From the IMG/VR virus record IMGVR_UViG_3300044213_000131, positions 1 to 26,888 of that record: a stretch of 26,888 bases of DNA, one strand, 5' to 3'. Of this stretch, positions 1-7,175 are shown in pieces. A program made the translations under genes and the position numbers. A model generated the notes under the pieces. The model was not told where the DNA came from and did not search any database. It saw only the letters and a program-made list of their open reading frames with translations. Position 1 is the first letter of the stretch, and each line of letters starts with the position of its first letter. The DNA is from a virus (lineage: Duplodnaviria; Caudoviricetes).

Positions 1-1028
1 GCCTCTTGCTTTTCCAGCTCGGCATTGCGCTCGGCCAGCTCCTTTGCAGCCTTCTCAGCCAGCTCCTTGGCCTCTTGCTCTGCAACCTTGCGGGCAATCT
101 CTGCGCGCTCGGCAGAAAGCTTTTCCTTCTCTGCCTTCCACTTTTCCTCAGCCTCGCGCTTCTCTTCCTCAAAGGCGTCTTGCTGCGCTTTCATGAAGGC
201 CTCACGCTCAGCGGCTTCACGCCGGGCCTTAGCATTGGCTTCGTCAAGCGCACGCTGTGCGACGACTGCAGCCTCGGCAGCAGCGCGTGCAGTAGCTTCC
301 TCGAGCTCGCGGCGCTGACGGTCCAGCTCGGCACGCTCAGCGGCCAGCTTGGCGTTCTCTTCGGCGATGTGAGCCTGCTCTTCAGCGATGCGCTTTGCTT
401 CTTCCTCGCGAGCCTTTGCGGCAGCCAAGTACTCAGTCAGCCTGGAGATTGTTTCTCCCAGGACATACTTGGCTTTGTCGGTGAATTCCTGGAACACCTG
501 CTCATCAATCTCGCGTGCCATCCAGTAGCGCAACTCAGCCTCAACCACGGATGCACTTTCATTTGCAACCTTCATTGGGATAACGGAGATGTCATCGATC
601 TCCGCATTGATTGCCTCAACACGGAGCTGTTCAGCCCGGATCTTCTCCTGACGGATGCGCTCTTGCTCCGCATCCCACTCGTCACGCAGCTTGAACAGGC
701 GCTCTTCTTCAGCGCTGGTGATGGCGATCAGGCGGTTCTCTTCAGCGATGACAGCCTTTGAGAACTTTGTCGCGTCTTCGCGCGCAGTCTTGGACACATC
801 CTTGATGGCGGTACGCGCCTTCAAAAGCTCCATGGCCGCGCTATGAACCTGGTCGCGACCAGCCTTGTTCTTGATGATGGTCAGTTCACTGTGCTTGGTA
901 GCGAGCTCCATCAAATGCTTTTCGGTTTCAGTGCTGTTGAGCGCCAGGACTGCGCGCTGCTCAACTGGCACGAGCGCTGTTTGCACAGCTGGTGTTTCTG
1001 CGTGCTCCGCAGTAGTGGTGTGTTTCAT
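1..1028 (-). CDS. Long coiled-coil phage protein, runs off the window start (MKHTTTAEHAETPAVQ...)
   Basis: ATG at 1028 with TAGGAG RBS; frame stays open to the window edge, so it is absent from the ORF track; E/A/K/R-rich helical sequence. Confidence 0.85.
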   Translation of the reverse strand, partial: MKHTTTAEHAETPAVQTALVPVEQRAVLALNSTETEKHLMELATKHSELTIIKNKAGRDQVHSAAMELLKARTAIKDVSKTAREDATKFSKAVIAEENRLIAITSAEEERLFKLRDEWDAEQERIRQEKIRAEQLRVEAINAEIDDISVIPMKVANESASVVEAELRYWMAREIDEQVFQEFTDKAKYVLGETISRLTEYLAAAKAREEEAKRIAEEQAHIAEENAKLAAERAELDRQRRELEEATARAAAEAAVVAQRALDEANAKARREAAEREAFMKAQQDAFEEEKREAEEKWKAEKEKLSAERAEIARKVAEQEAKELAEKAAKELAERNAELEKQE

Positions 1029-1076
1029 GAAATGCTCCTAGAGGTTTGAACAAATATCTGTAGAACAGATGTGGCA

Positions 1077-1106
1077 ATTATCACCAACAAATTGTTGGTC
1101 GGTCAA
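1077..1106 (-). promoter_or_regulatory. Leftward sigma70-like promoter with a palindromic operator in the spacer
   Basis: TTGACC-N18-GATAAT on the minus strand; palindrome ACCAACAA-A-TTGTTGGT at 1083-1099. Confidence 0.65.
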
Positions 1107-1130
1107 ACAAAAAATAAATCCCAACAAAAG

Positions 1131-1343
1131 TTAAAGGTTATTTGAAACCGGGAGATTTGAGACCACGATCCTGAGCGCGTCGAGCTCATGCTGCAGGCGG
1201 ACAATCTCAGCGCATGCGGCGTCCAGATGTGCTGCAACCTTGCGCATGATCTGGCGCGGCTCGTATTCGTACGTCGCATTTGCCGCCGCTTTGATCGCCA
1301 TGGACCTCAGCTGTAGCGCTTCAGCAACAGGGTTTGAGCTCAT
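1131..1343 (-). CDS. Hypothetical protein, 70 aa
   Basis: ATGA overlap with the upstream gene; in operon orientation. Confidence 0.7.
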   Translation of the reverse strand: MSSNPVAEALQLRSMAIKAAANATYEYEPRQIMRKVAAHLDAACAEIVRLQHELDALRIVVSNLPVSNNL

Positions 1344-1597
1344 TTGTGAATGGCCACTTCCGTGGTGGCGAACTCGATGGCCTGGATCATCATCCAGAAT
1401 CCACGGATCTCGCTCGCAACAAGCGACCAGGCCGGGCTGTACATAAGCACTGCCGGAACATACCCCATGGAGTTTGGCGGAGCTCCGTGCGACACCCGCT
1501 TATCCGGGTCAATCCCGCGCAGCTCGCACAACTTGCGCGCGGCTTTCTCGAGTTGCTCCTCAGTAATCCCGACAAGCTGCTCCTCTTTTGATGTCAT
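1340..1597 (-). CDS. Hypothetical protein (MTSKEEQLVG...)
   Basis: Start reassigned to ATG 1597, which overlaps the GNAT stop (ATGA) and has GGAG upstream. Confidence 0.75.
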   Translation of the reverse strand: MTSKEEQLVGITEEQLEKAARKLCELRGIDPDKRVSHGAPPNSMGYVPAVLMYSPAWSLVASEIRGFWMMIQAIEFATTEVAIHK

Positions 1598-2022
1598 AAT
1601 TTTTTTCTCCAATAGACGGACGTGTTCAGCCCATGCGGATCCCTCGGTGAATACATCCGAAACCCGCACGAGATCAAAGAGTTTGCAGAGGCTGGGTTGT
1701 TGGATGTGTCCGAGATCAGCCACTTCCACCCAAGCCTTTTAGCCTTGTTGATTCGCACTCGAATCAGGCGCTTCTGAATTCCATTGCCACGGTGCTGCCA
1801 GAGAACTCCGGCGCGAGATAGGTATCCCGTTTCGCTCCAGCGCATGCTTGGCCGCAGGCTACAAAATCCAGCCGGCGTTCCGTCATCGCCGAAGCAGATC
1901 CACCAGACCCCTGTTGTGATGTCGTCTGGTTGATCGCCAGGCAGGCACTCGACCTGCATGCGCAGCAGGATGGCGGCAATCTCATGGTCACTTGTATCAA
2001 CCTGGCGGACTGAGTACTTCAC
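1594..2022 (-). CDS. GNAT family N-acetyltransferase
   Basis: Acetyl-CoA binding motif A (GVLWQHRGNGIQKRLI) and motif B (NPASANSLISCGF). Confidence 0.85.
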   Translation of the reverse strand: MKYSVRQVDTSDHEIAAILLRMQVECLPGDQPDDITTGVWWICFGDDGTPAGFCSLRPSMRWSETGYLSRAGVLWQHRGNGIQKRLIRVRINKAKRLGWKWLISDTSNNPASANSLISCGFRMYSPRDPHGLNTSVYWRKKL

Positions 2023-2029
2023 CTGCTGC

Positions 2030-2425
2030 TCACTTCCCCATCAGGCCAACCCATGGGCTTGCTGCCGGCTGGATAGTGTTCAGCCTGATGCGACGAGACA
2101 CGCCGGCCTTCTTGGCCACATAGCAGACCGTGGTGACGGCAATGTTGAAGTTCGAGGCGATGTCTATGTATGGCACGCCATCCCTGATCATCTCGGTGAT
2201 CTCAAGGTTGCGCTGCCGCAGTGCGTGCTTCTTGTCGAGCGCCGGCTTGCGGCTTCCCAGGGCCCACCGCCTAACGGTCCCCCAGATGCCGCCATCAATC
2301 TCATAGGTGTTGAATGTCGCTATGCATTCAGAGCAGCGGCGACGGCGCCGAAGTGCAATGCCATCCATGACCTCGCGCGTCTCGAGCACGATGGTGTCCC
2401 TGCTCCCGCAGTGCTGGCATTTCAT
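2030..2425 (-). CDS. NrdR-like zinc-ribbon protein with C-terminal HTH, no ATP cone
   Basis: MKCQHCG...TIVLETR...LRRRRRCSEC...FNTYE matches the NrdR N-terminus; YIDIASNFNIAVTTV is HTH-like. Confidence 0.8.
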   Translation of the reverse strand: MKCQHCGSRDTIVLETREVMDGIALRRRRRCSECIATFNTYEIDGGIWGTVRRWALGSRKPALDKKHALRQRNLEITEMIRDGVPYIDIASNFNIAVTTVCYVAKKAGVSRRIRLNTIQPAASPWVGLMGK

Positions 2426-2577
2426 ACGGTATCGGCGCGCTTCTCGTCGGCCGCCTCGAACTCATCACACCCATCACAATCACTTCTGGTTGCGCTGATG
2501 CAGCACAGCGATGCGGCAAACACGCCAGAAGTCATGCCGAAGAACGGCGCAAAAAGAATCCATCCCCAATGAACCAT
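2422..2577 (-). CDS. Small membrane protein, 51 aa (MVHWGWILFAPFFGMTSGVFAASLCCISA...)
   Basis: Strong AGGAGG RBS; stop overlaps the next ATG; hydrophobic N-terminus; too short for the ORF track. Confidence 0.75.
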   Translation of the reverse strand: MVHWGWILFAPFFGMTSGVFAASLCCISATRSDCDGCDEFEAADEKRADTV

Positions 2578-2601
2578 ATCAACCTCCTAAATTGTGTGCG
2601 G

Positions 2602-2630
2602 ATTATGCCAACACTTTGTTGACCGCACAA
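2602..2630 (-). promoter_or_regulatory. Leftward promoter with operator
   Basis: TTGTGC-N17-CATAAT; CAACA-CTT-TGTTG at 2609-2621 and CAACG-ATT-TGTTT at 2628-2640. Confidence 0.65.
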
Positions 2631-2650
2631 CGATTTGTTTTGATTATCGC

Positions 2651-2682
2651 AAAAAAAAGAGCCCGCCGAAGCGAGCTCTCTT
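2651..2682 (-). terminator. Intrinsic terminator
   Basis: Minus strand GAGCTCGC-TTCG-GCGGGCTC followed by a T8 tract. Confidence 0.9.
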
Positions 2683-3175
2683 GATGCGCGTTCCCTGCAT
2701 TCGTCCCCAGCGAAATATGGCAGAGGCCTGGGTTTCGATGGCATGCTGGGCTGTTTTATTCCCGGTGCGCTTGCCGGGTTTAAGGTTGCCTCATTTCAAA
2801 AGTTGATGGTGGCCGGCACTGATCTCCGGCTTGCTTGCTGGTTATCGTTACCGCAAGGCTTTCACGAGTCGAACGTGGCTTCGGTTGGAGCGAAATCCAC
2901 CTTTACCCAACATGCGCGCATCAGCCTGCACACTCACCATCAAGACTGAAGGCCGCAGCGGTCAGTTGCCCGGCTCCCTGCAAGGCGCCCGATTCGTCCA
3001 ACTTAGGATGCCAGTTGCAGCTGGCCTCGCGACGAACCGACCTTCAGTCTTGATGATCCTCGTCTATTCCGAGGTGTCATCTGCTCAGCACATTCCCCTA
3101 CAGATCGGGGTCTAGGAGTACCCCGTGAGGGGCCCTGATGTGCAATCAGGATGCTGGCCATCTTAGCGAAAGCGT
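2651..3175 (-). ncRNA. Putative ~520-nt multi-domain structured non-coding RNA
   Basis: Bounded by a promoter (3180-3207) and a terminator; no credible ORF; long closing stems, loop-loop complementarities and G-U pairs favouring the minus strand. Confidence 0.65.
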
Positions 3176-3179
3176 CTCA

Positions 3180-3219
3180 AGTATACACACTATTTGTTGG
3201 CCTGCAACAGCTTTGTTGC
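3180..3219 (-). promoter_or_regulatory. Promoter of the ncRNA unit
   Basis: TTGCAG-N16-TATACT; palindrome TGCAACA-GCTT-TGTTGCA at 3203-3220; 30/40 identical to the promoter at 4339-4378. Confidence 0.7.
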
Positions 3220-3456
3220 AAGCTTGTGGGCTGATGCGATGCCGATGCTTGGGCAGTCGCACATGGATCCGGATCCAACGTAGGCGAACTCTCGGCCGCC
3301 ATAGTGGACGGCAGCGATGATGCCGATGATCTTGCCCTCCATGGCCTCCTTCAGCAGGGCTTGAAGGTTCTGCACGGTATGTGGGTCACGCCGCTTTTCT
3401 GCGAGCCTGATGATGGTGGCGGGTCCGCTTTGCGGAGGGCGTTTCTTTTTCAACAT
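3190..3456 (-). CDS. Hypothetical protein, 88 aa
   Basis: AAGGAAG upstream of the ATG; follows and overlaps the repressor gene. Confidence 0.7.
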   Translation of the reverse strand: MLKKKRPPQSGPATIIRLAEKRRDPHTVQNLQALLKEAMEGKIIGIIAAVHYGGREFAYVGSGSMCDCPSIGIASAHKLATKLLQANK

Positions 3457-3862
3457 TCGATTCTTCCTTGTCGTTAAACGGGCGAGCGGCGATTTCTTTT
3501 ATGCGCTCTGTTTTTGGTAGCTCTCCGCCGTTCAGCGCCTTGAGATGCATCTCAACGAGATCACTGATCAAGGCCTTTGCCGGCGGCGGCAAGTGAGCAA
3601 TCTGCAGCAGTAGCGAGACATCGTTCGGATCAATCAGCCCGGAGATCTGGGACCGCTTTGCAGCCACCCTGGATCCCTCGGTCCAGTCAACATTGAAGCT
3701 GAGTGCGACCTCAAGCGCATTGGTCTTCGACTTGCCCGGGAAGCTGCGCCCGTTCTCCCAGTGCCGGATGGCCTGGGAGGAAACGCCAAGACGTTTGGCC
3801 AGCTCATTCACACTGACCCCAAGCTGCTCGCGCCGCACCCTGATCTGATCCTTGACCTTCAT
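3386..3862 (-). CDS. XRE-family HTH transcriptional regulator, probable phage repressor
   Basis: IRVRREQLGVSVNELAKRLGVSSQAIRHWENGRSFP; start reassigned to ATG 3862 with GGGGG upstream; divergent from the replication operon. Confidence 0.9.
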   Translation of the reverse strand: MKVKDQIRVRREQLGVSVNELAKRLGVSSQAIRHWENGRSFPGKSKTNALEVALSFNVDWTEGSRVAAKRSQISGLIDPNDVSLLLQIAHLPPPAKALISDLVEMHLKALNGGELPKTERIKEIAARPFNDKEESNVEKETPSAKRTRHHHQARRKAA

Positions 3863-3913
3863 GTCGCCCCCTGGTTGAAAACGAAACGGCCAGCAACAAC
3901 AAAGATACACGGC

Positions 3914-3953
3914 AAACATTTCGTTGACAAGCCAGCGCATTCATCACGACAAT
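3914..3953 (+). promoter_or_regulatory. Rightward promoter with operator overlapping the -35
   Basis: TTGACA (3924-3929)-N18-GACAAT; AAACA-TTT-CGTTG at 3914-3926. Confidence 0.55.
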
Positions 3954-3987
3954 CGGCCCCGTATGTTTCTGTTTTTAGGAGGATTAA

Positions 3988-4311
3988 ATGAACTGCAAAC
4001 CAGGCGATCTCGCCATCGTCATACGAGCCAAGCACAGCGAGAACGTAGGGAAAATCGTACGTGTAATTGAACCGCATGACCACTTGACACACGACGTAAT
4101 CCTATTGAAAGGAACTGAACTGGCATGGTTGTGTGAGACAACTGGGGGTGACCTGGTCTATGAATCTGCTCTGGCGTGCAAATTTATCCACCGTAGGCAA
4201 GGCCCAATACCCGACATGTGCCTGCGGCCATTGGTGCCTATTCAGATTGAAGACTACAAAGAAGCCTGTGTTGTTGTGACGCAACACAGCGAACACTTCG
4301 TCGCAGCATGA
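3988..4311 (+). CDS. Conserved phage hypothetical protein (MNCKPGDLA type)
   Basis: AGGAGG RBS; paralog at 14945-15232. Confidence 0.85.
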   Translation: MNCKPGDLAIVIRAKHSENVGKIVRVIEPHDHLTHDVILLKGTELAWLCETTGGDLVYESALACKFIHRRQGPIPDMCLRPLVPIQIEDYKEACVVVTQHSEHFVAA

Positions 4312-4338
4312 GCATGTTCGCATTGCTGTTGCGCAATA

Positions 4339-4378
4339 GCAACAAAGTTGTTGCATGAAAACATTCTGTGTGTAGAAT
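4339..4378 (+). promoter_or_regulatory. Promoter of the replication operon
   Basis: TTGCAT-N16-TAGAAT; palindromes GCAACA-AAGT-TGTTGC and TTGCTGTTGCGCAATAGCAA (4323-4342). Confidence 0.7.
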
Positions 4379-4411
4379 CACAGCACCCATCCTGCAGGGT
4401 GGGCCTAAGCC

Positions 4412-4534
4412 CCGGTAGTCTTGACACGCTGCCGGATAACGCAAGCAGAAATGCGCTTCGGGAGGGGATGGCTAAACCGCAAGGTCGCCGCCCTGAATTT
4501 CTGCAGGGGTGTCAAAGCCCCTCTCCCGAAGCGC
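4412..4534 (+). ncRNA. c4/CI-like antisense RNA with upstream a1/b1 target sites
   Basis: 12-bp closing stem 4453-4464/4523-4534; ACC-GCAA-GGT arm; ATTTCTGC and GTGTCAA are complementary to upstream GCAGAAAT (4445-4452) and the loop TTGACAC (4421-4427). Confidence 0.7.
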
Positions 4535-4547
4535 GGAAAGTAGCAGT

Positions 4548-4988
4548 ATGGAAACACCATCAAGAGCGGCATCAAACTACGCCGCAAAACTCAAAGACCC
4601 ACGCTGGCAGAAGAAGCGCCTAGAGGCTCTTCAGTTGGCAGACTGGTCCTGTCAATCATGCGGTGACGGAGAGTCGCCTTTGCATGTTCACCATAATCAG
4701 TACCTGAAGGGGCGAGAGCCATGGGAGTACGACGAACGCCAACTATCAGTACTGTGCGAGTCATGCCATAAAGCGCACCACGATGATCCTGATGTGCTGA
4801 TGGAGGTGATCTCTCACCTACCGGTTGACGGAATGAAGTGGATTGATCGCAAAAAGGCAGCTGCGCTGATTGCTGGTGTCATGGGTATGGATGACCATGA
4901 GGTGCCGGCCGGCCTTGAGGCGTGGTTCAGCGTTGGACTTTCTGTTCAGCAGCTCGTCGACAAAGAAATGGGGCTTGCACATGCGTGA
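4548..4988 (+). CDS. HNH endonuclease-like protein
   Basis: CQSCG...LHVHH...LCESCHKAHH; start reassigned to ATG 4548. Confidence 0.85.
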   Translation: METPSRAASNYAAKLKDPRWQKKRLEALQLADWSCQSCGDGESPLHVHHNQYLKGREPWEYDERQLSVLCESCHKAHHDDPDVLMEVISHLPVDGMKWIDRKKAAALIAGVMGMDDHEVPAGLEAWFSVGLSVQQLVDKEMGLAHA

Positions 4989-5829
4989 GTATGCCCGCAT
5001 AAGCCCACGCTTCTGGATGGGTGAGACGGGCCGCCTAATCCGGACCAAGGGATCAGACGCCCAACTGCTCGCTCTATACCTACTGACCAGCCCGCACAGC
5101 AACATGATCGGCCTGTACTGGTGCCCAGTCACATACATGGCACACGAGACAGGACTGACCATGCAAGGGGCATCGAAGGCCCTTCAAAGCCTGGTAGAGA
5201 TTGGCTTCTGTCACTACGACTCCGCATCCGAAGTAGTGTGGGTTGTTGAGATGGCGCGCTACCAGGTAGGGGACAGGCTCAGTGAGAAGGACAAGCAGGC
5301 CAAGGGTGTTCAAAACACCTATGACGACCTTCCTAAAAACCCTTTCCTGCGAGCCTTTTTTGAGCAGTATGGAGTTCCCTTTTGTATGTCCCGTGCAAGG
5401 GACTCTGAAGCCCCTTCAAAGCCCCTTCTAAGCAAGGAGAAGGAACAGGAGAAGGAAAAGGAAAAGGAGAAGGACCAGGAATTGGGGGTGGGGTTTGACG
5501 ACTTCTGGGCTGCGTGGCCAAAGCATAGCCGAAAGACCGAGAAGGAAAAATGCCTGACCCACTGGAAGGCTGAGAAGTTGGCCGAATGTGCTGACGCGAT
5601 CATGGCCAGCCTGTCTTCCTGGAAGGCGTCTGCTCAGTGGTCGAAGGATGGTGGTCAGTACATCCCGGCGCCGCTGGTCTGGTTACGTCGAAAAGCATTT
5701 GATGCCGAGAACCCTGCGCCAGTAACCGCTATGCAGCCGGTCAACCGTCAGGTTGCCCAAGAGCAGAGGAACCAGGCAGCTATGGAAGAGTGGCTTGCGC
5801 AACAAGGAGCCATCCATGAAGTCGACTGA
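4981..5829 (+). CDS. Phage replication initiator protein
   Basis: N-terminal wHTH-like region (MREYARISPRFW...YMAHETGL), EKEQEKEKEK linker, C-terminal FDDFWAAWPK...GQYIPAPLVWL domain; internal iteron-like repeats. Confidence 0.85.
   Translation: MREYARISPRFWMGETGRLIRTKGSDAQLLALYLLTSPHSNMIGLYWCPVTYMAHETGLTMQGASKALQSLVEIGFCHYDSASEVVWVVEMARYQVGDRLSEKDKQAKGVQNTYDDLPKNPFLRAFFEQYGVPFCMSRARDSEAPSKPLLSKEKEQEKEKEKEKDQELGVGFDDFWAAWPKHSRKTEKEKCLTHWKAEKLAECADAIMASLSSWKASAQWSKDGGQYIPAPLVWLRRKAFDAENPAPVTAMQPVNRQVAQEQRNQAAMEEWLAQQGAIHEVD
5395..5433. repeat. Iteron-like repeats, putative replication origin
   Basis: AAGCCCCTTC at 5408-5417 and 5419-5428 (11-bp period), a partial third copy and an inverted degenerate copy; related cluster at 5164-5191. 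Confidence 0.55.
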
Positions 5830-6463
5830 TCGGGCAAAGTTCGCCGAGCTACTCCGGGATGTCATGGCCTTCTACAAGCAGGACGTCAGTCCGTTTGCGC
5901 TTTCGGTTTGGTGGAGCGCATGCGAGCGCTACGAACTTGAGCAGGTTTCCAAGGCGCTGACCCAGCACGCCATGGATGCGGAGCGCGGACAGTTCCCTCC
6001 GAAGCCAGCCGACCTGGTGCGCCAGCTTGATGGCACGGCAACCGACCGGGCGATGCTCGCCTGGGGCAAGGTCATGGATGCCATGCAGCGCGTCGGTCAG
6101 TACACCGATGTCGTGTTTGATGACCCGGCCATCCATGCCGTGGTTGAGGATCTCGGCGGCTGGCCAAAGGTATGCCGGGTTGAGCTCAAGGAATTGTCCT
6201 ACCTGCAGCACCGGTTCACCGAGTCGCACCGAGCGTACTGCGGCAAGGGCCAGTTCCAGTATCCGCGCATGCTGTCGGGCGACCGAAGCCCTGATGAGAC
6301 CTTCCTGAGGCATGGCCTTCCTGTGCCGAAGCCTGCTGTCATCGGCGGCGTCGAGCAGGCCAGGCTGGTCTACAGGGGCGGAACTTCCGGGGGCAAGACA
6401 AGCATCTCACAGATGGCGATTGGCGCCACGGCTGTGGCTGCTCTCGAGCACATCACGGGGTAA
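5816..6463 (+). CDS. Replication accessory protein (helicase loader/inhibitor-like N-terminus plus DUF6475-like domain)
   Basis: AAGGAG RBS; directly after the initiator; FPPKPAD and VVFDDPAIHAVVEDLGGW motifs. Confidence 0.75.
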   Translation: MKSTDRAKFAELLRDVMAFYKQDVSPFALSVWWSACERYELEQVSKALTQHAMDAERGQFPPKPADLVRQLDGTATDRAMLAWGKVMDAMQRVGQYTDVVFDDPAIHAVVEDLGGWPKVCRVELKELSYLQHRFTESHRAYCGKGQFQYPRMLSGDRSPDETFLRHGLPVPKPAVIGGVEQARLVYRGGTSGGKTSISQMAIGATAVAALEHITG

Positions 6464-6466
6464 GAC

Positions 6467-6643
6467 ATGCTCCGTGATAACTGCGACAACGAGGAGCTCG
6501 AGGCTCACCGTGTTTTGGATTTGGTGAAGGCTGGTGCATCTGTGCCAGCCTCCTCCATTGATTGGGCGCTGTTCGTTTTAGGCGATGGCGTTGGACTTGT
6601 TGAATTGAAAGGAATGCCATGGAAGCCTATCGCGTGCGTCTGA
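6467..6643 (+). CDS. Hypothetical protein, 58 aa (MLRDNCDNEELEAHRVLDLV...)
   Basis: GGGG RBS; fills the gap between operon genes; not in the ORF track. Confidence 0.6.
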   Translation: MLRDNCDNEELEAHRVLDLVKAGASVPASSIDWALFVLGDGVGLVELKGMPWKPIACV

Positions 6644-6822
6644 GAGAGGAAAAAGCAGAGCTGGACGCCAAAATTGAAAAGCTCAAAAACTTTATTGGGC
6701 CCGGTGTCTACCACACCCTGGAGGACCACGACAAATACTTGCTGCGTCGCCAGCTGCTGGTGATGACTGAGTACTCGGACATCCTAAGTCAGCGTGCAAT
6801 TCGCGCATGGGTGAAGCCATGA
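6619..6822 (+). CDS. Small helical phage protein (crAss001_48-related type)
   Basis: EKAELDAKIEKLKNFI...LLRRQLLVMTEYSDIL pattern; AAAGGA RBS. Confidence 0.75.
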   Translation: MEAYRVRLREEKAELDAKIEKLKNFIGPGVYHTLEDHDKYLLRRQLLVMTEYSDILSQRAIRAWVKP

Positions 6823-7175
6823 GCGGAAAGAAAATCATTGTCTGTGGTGGCCGCGATTGGCGTGATGCTGGCGCCGTCGACCGGGCGCTGTCTGCTGCGC
6901 ATGGCAAGAGCGGCATCGACATGATCATCACTGGCGGATGCAAAGGTGCTGATGGCATGGCCGCGCGCTGGGCTCATGCGAACTGCGTGCCCTACCTGAC
7001 CATGCCGGCGAACTGGGAAGCGCACGGTGACGCCGCCGGGCCCATCCGAAACCAGGCCATGCTTGACCAGGTGGTTGATGGCGTGATCGCCTTCCCGGGC
7101 GGCAAGGGTACCGCGCACATGGTTGGCATCGCGCGCGAGGCAGGCGTGCCGGTGTGGGAGCCATGCCGTGGCTGA
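6819..7175 (+). CDS. SLOG family protein (DUF2493/YspA-like)
   Basis: IIVCGGRD, ITGGCKGAD, AGPIRNQAM, AFPGGKGTAHM motifs. Confidence 0.88.
   Translation: MSGKKIIVCGGRDWRDAGAVDRALSAAHGKSGIDMIITGGCKGADGMAARWAHANCVPYLTMPANWEAHGDAAGPIRNQAMLDQVVDGVIAFPGGKGTAHMVGIAREAGVPVWEPCRG

Noticed and set aside
6-761. 251-aa Leu-rich plus-strand ORF
   Set aside because: Antisense shadow of the minus-strand coiled-coil gene, which has an RBS and promoter
2690-2935. Self-cleaving ribozyme (hammerhead CUGAUG, HDV-like CGAAUG) or preQ1 riboswitch
   Set aside because: The hammerhead core needs CUGANGA but reads CUGAUGC; I could not build the HDV nested pseudoknot; the loop of CCCGG/CCGGG does not fit preQ1
2803-2943. 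Canonical tRNA gene
   Set aside because: No anticodon arm and no TTCRA in the terminal arm; kept only as a tRNA-like domain
2532-3115. Short ORFs of 68-94 aa across the ncRNA region
   Set aside because: No RBS, they cross the terminator or stems, and their composition is atypical
4513-4522. CAAAGCCCCT shared with the origin iterons (5417-5426)
   Set aside because: Single 10-mer already explained by the RNA stem; could be chance
5434-5480. AAGGAR tandem repeats as a CRISPR or VNTR
   Set aside because: They encode the EKEQEKEKEK linker typical of phage initiators; no spacers
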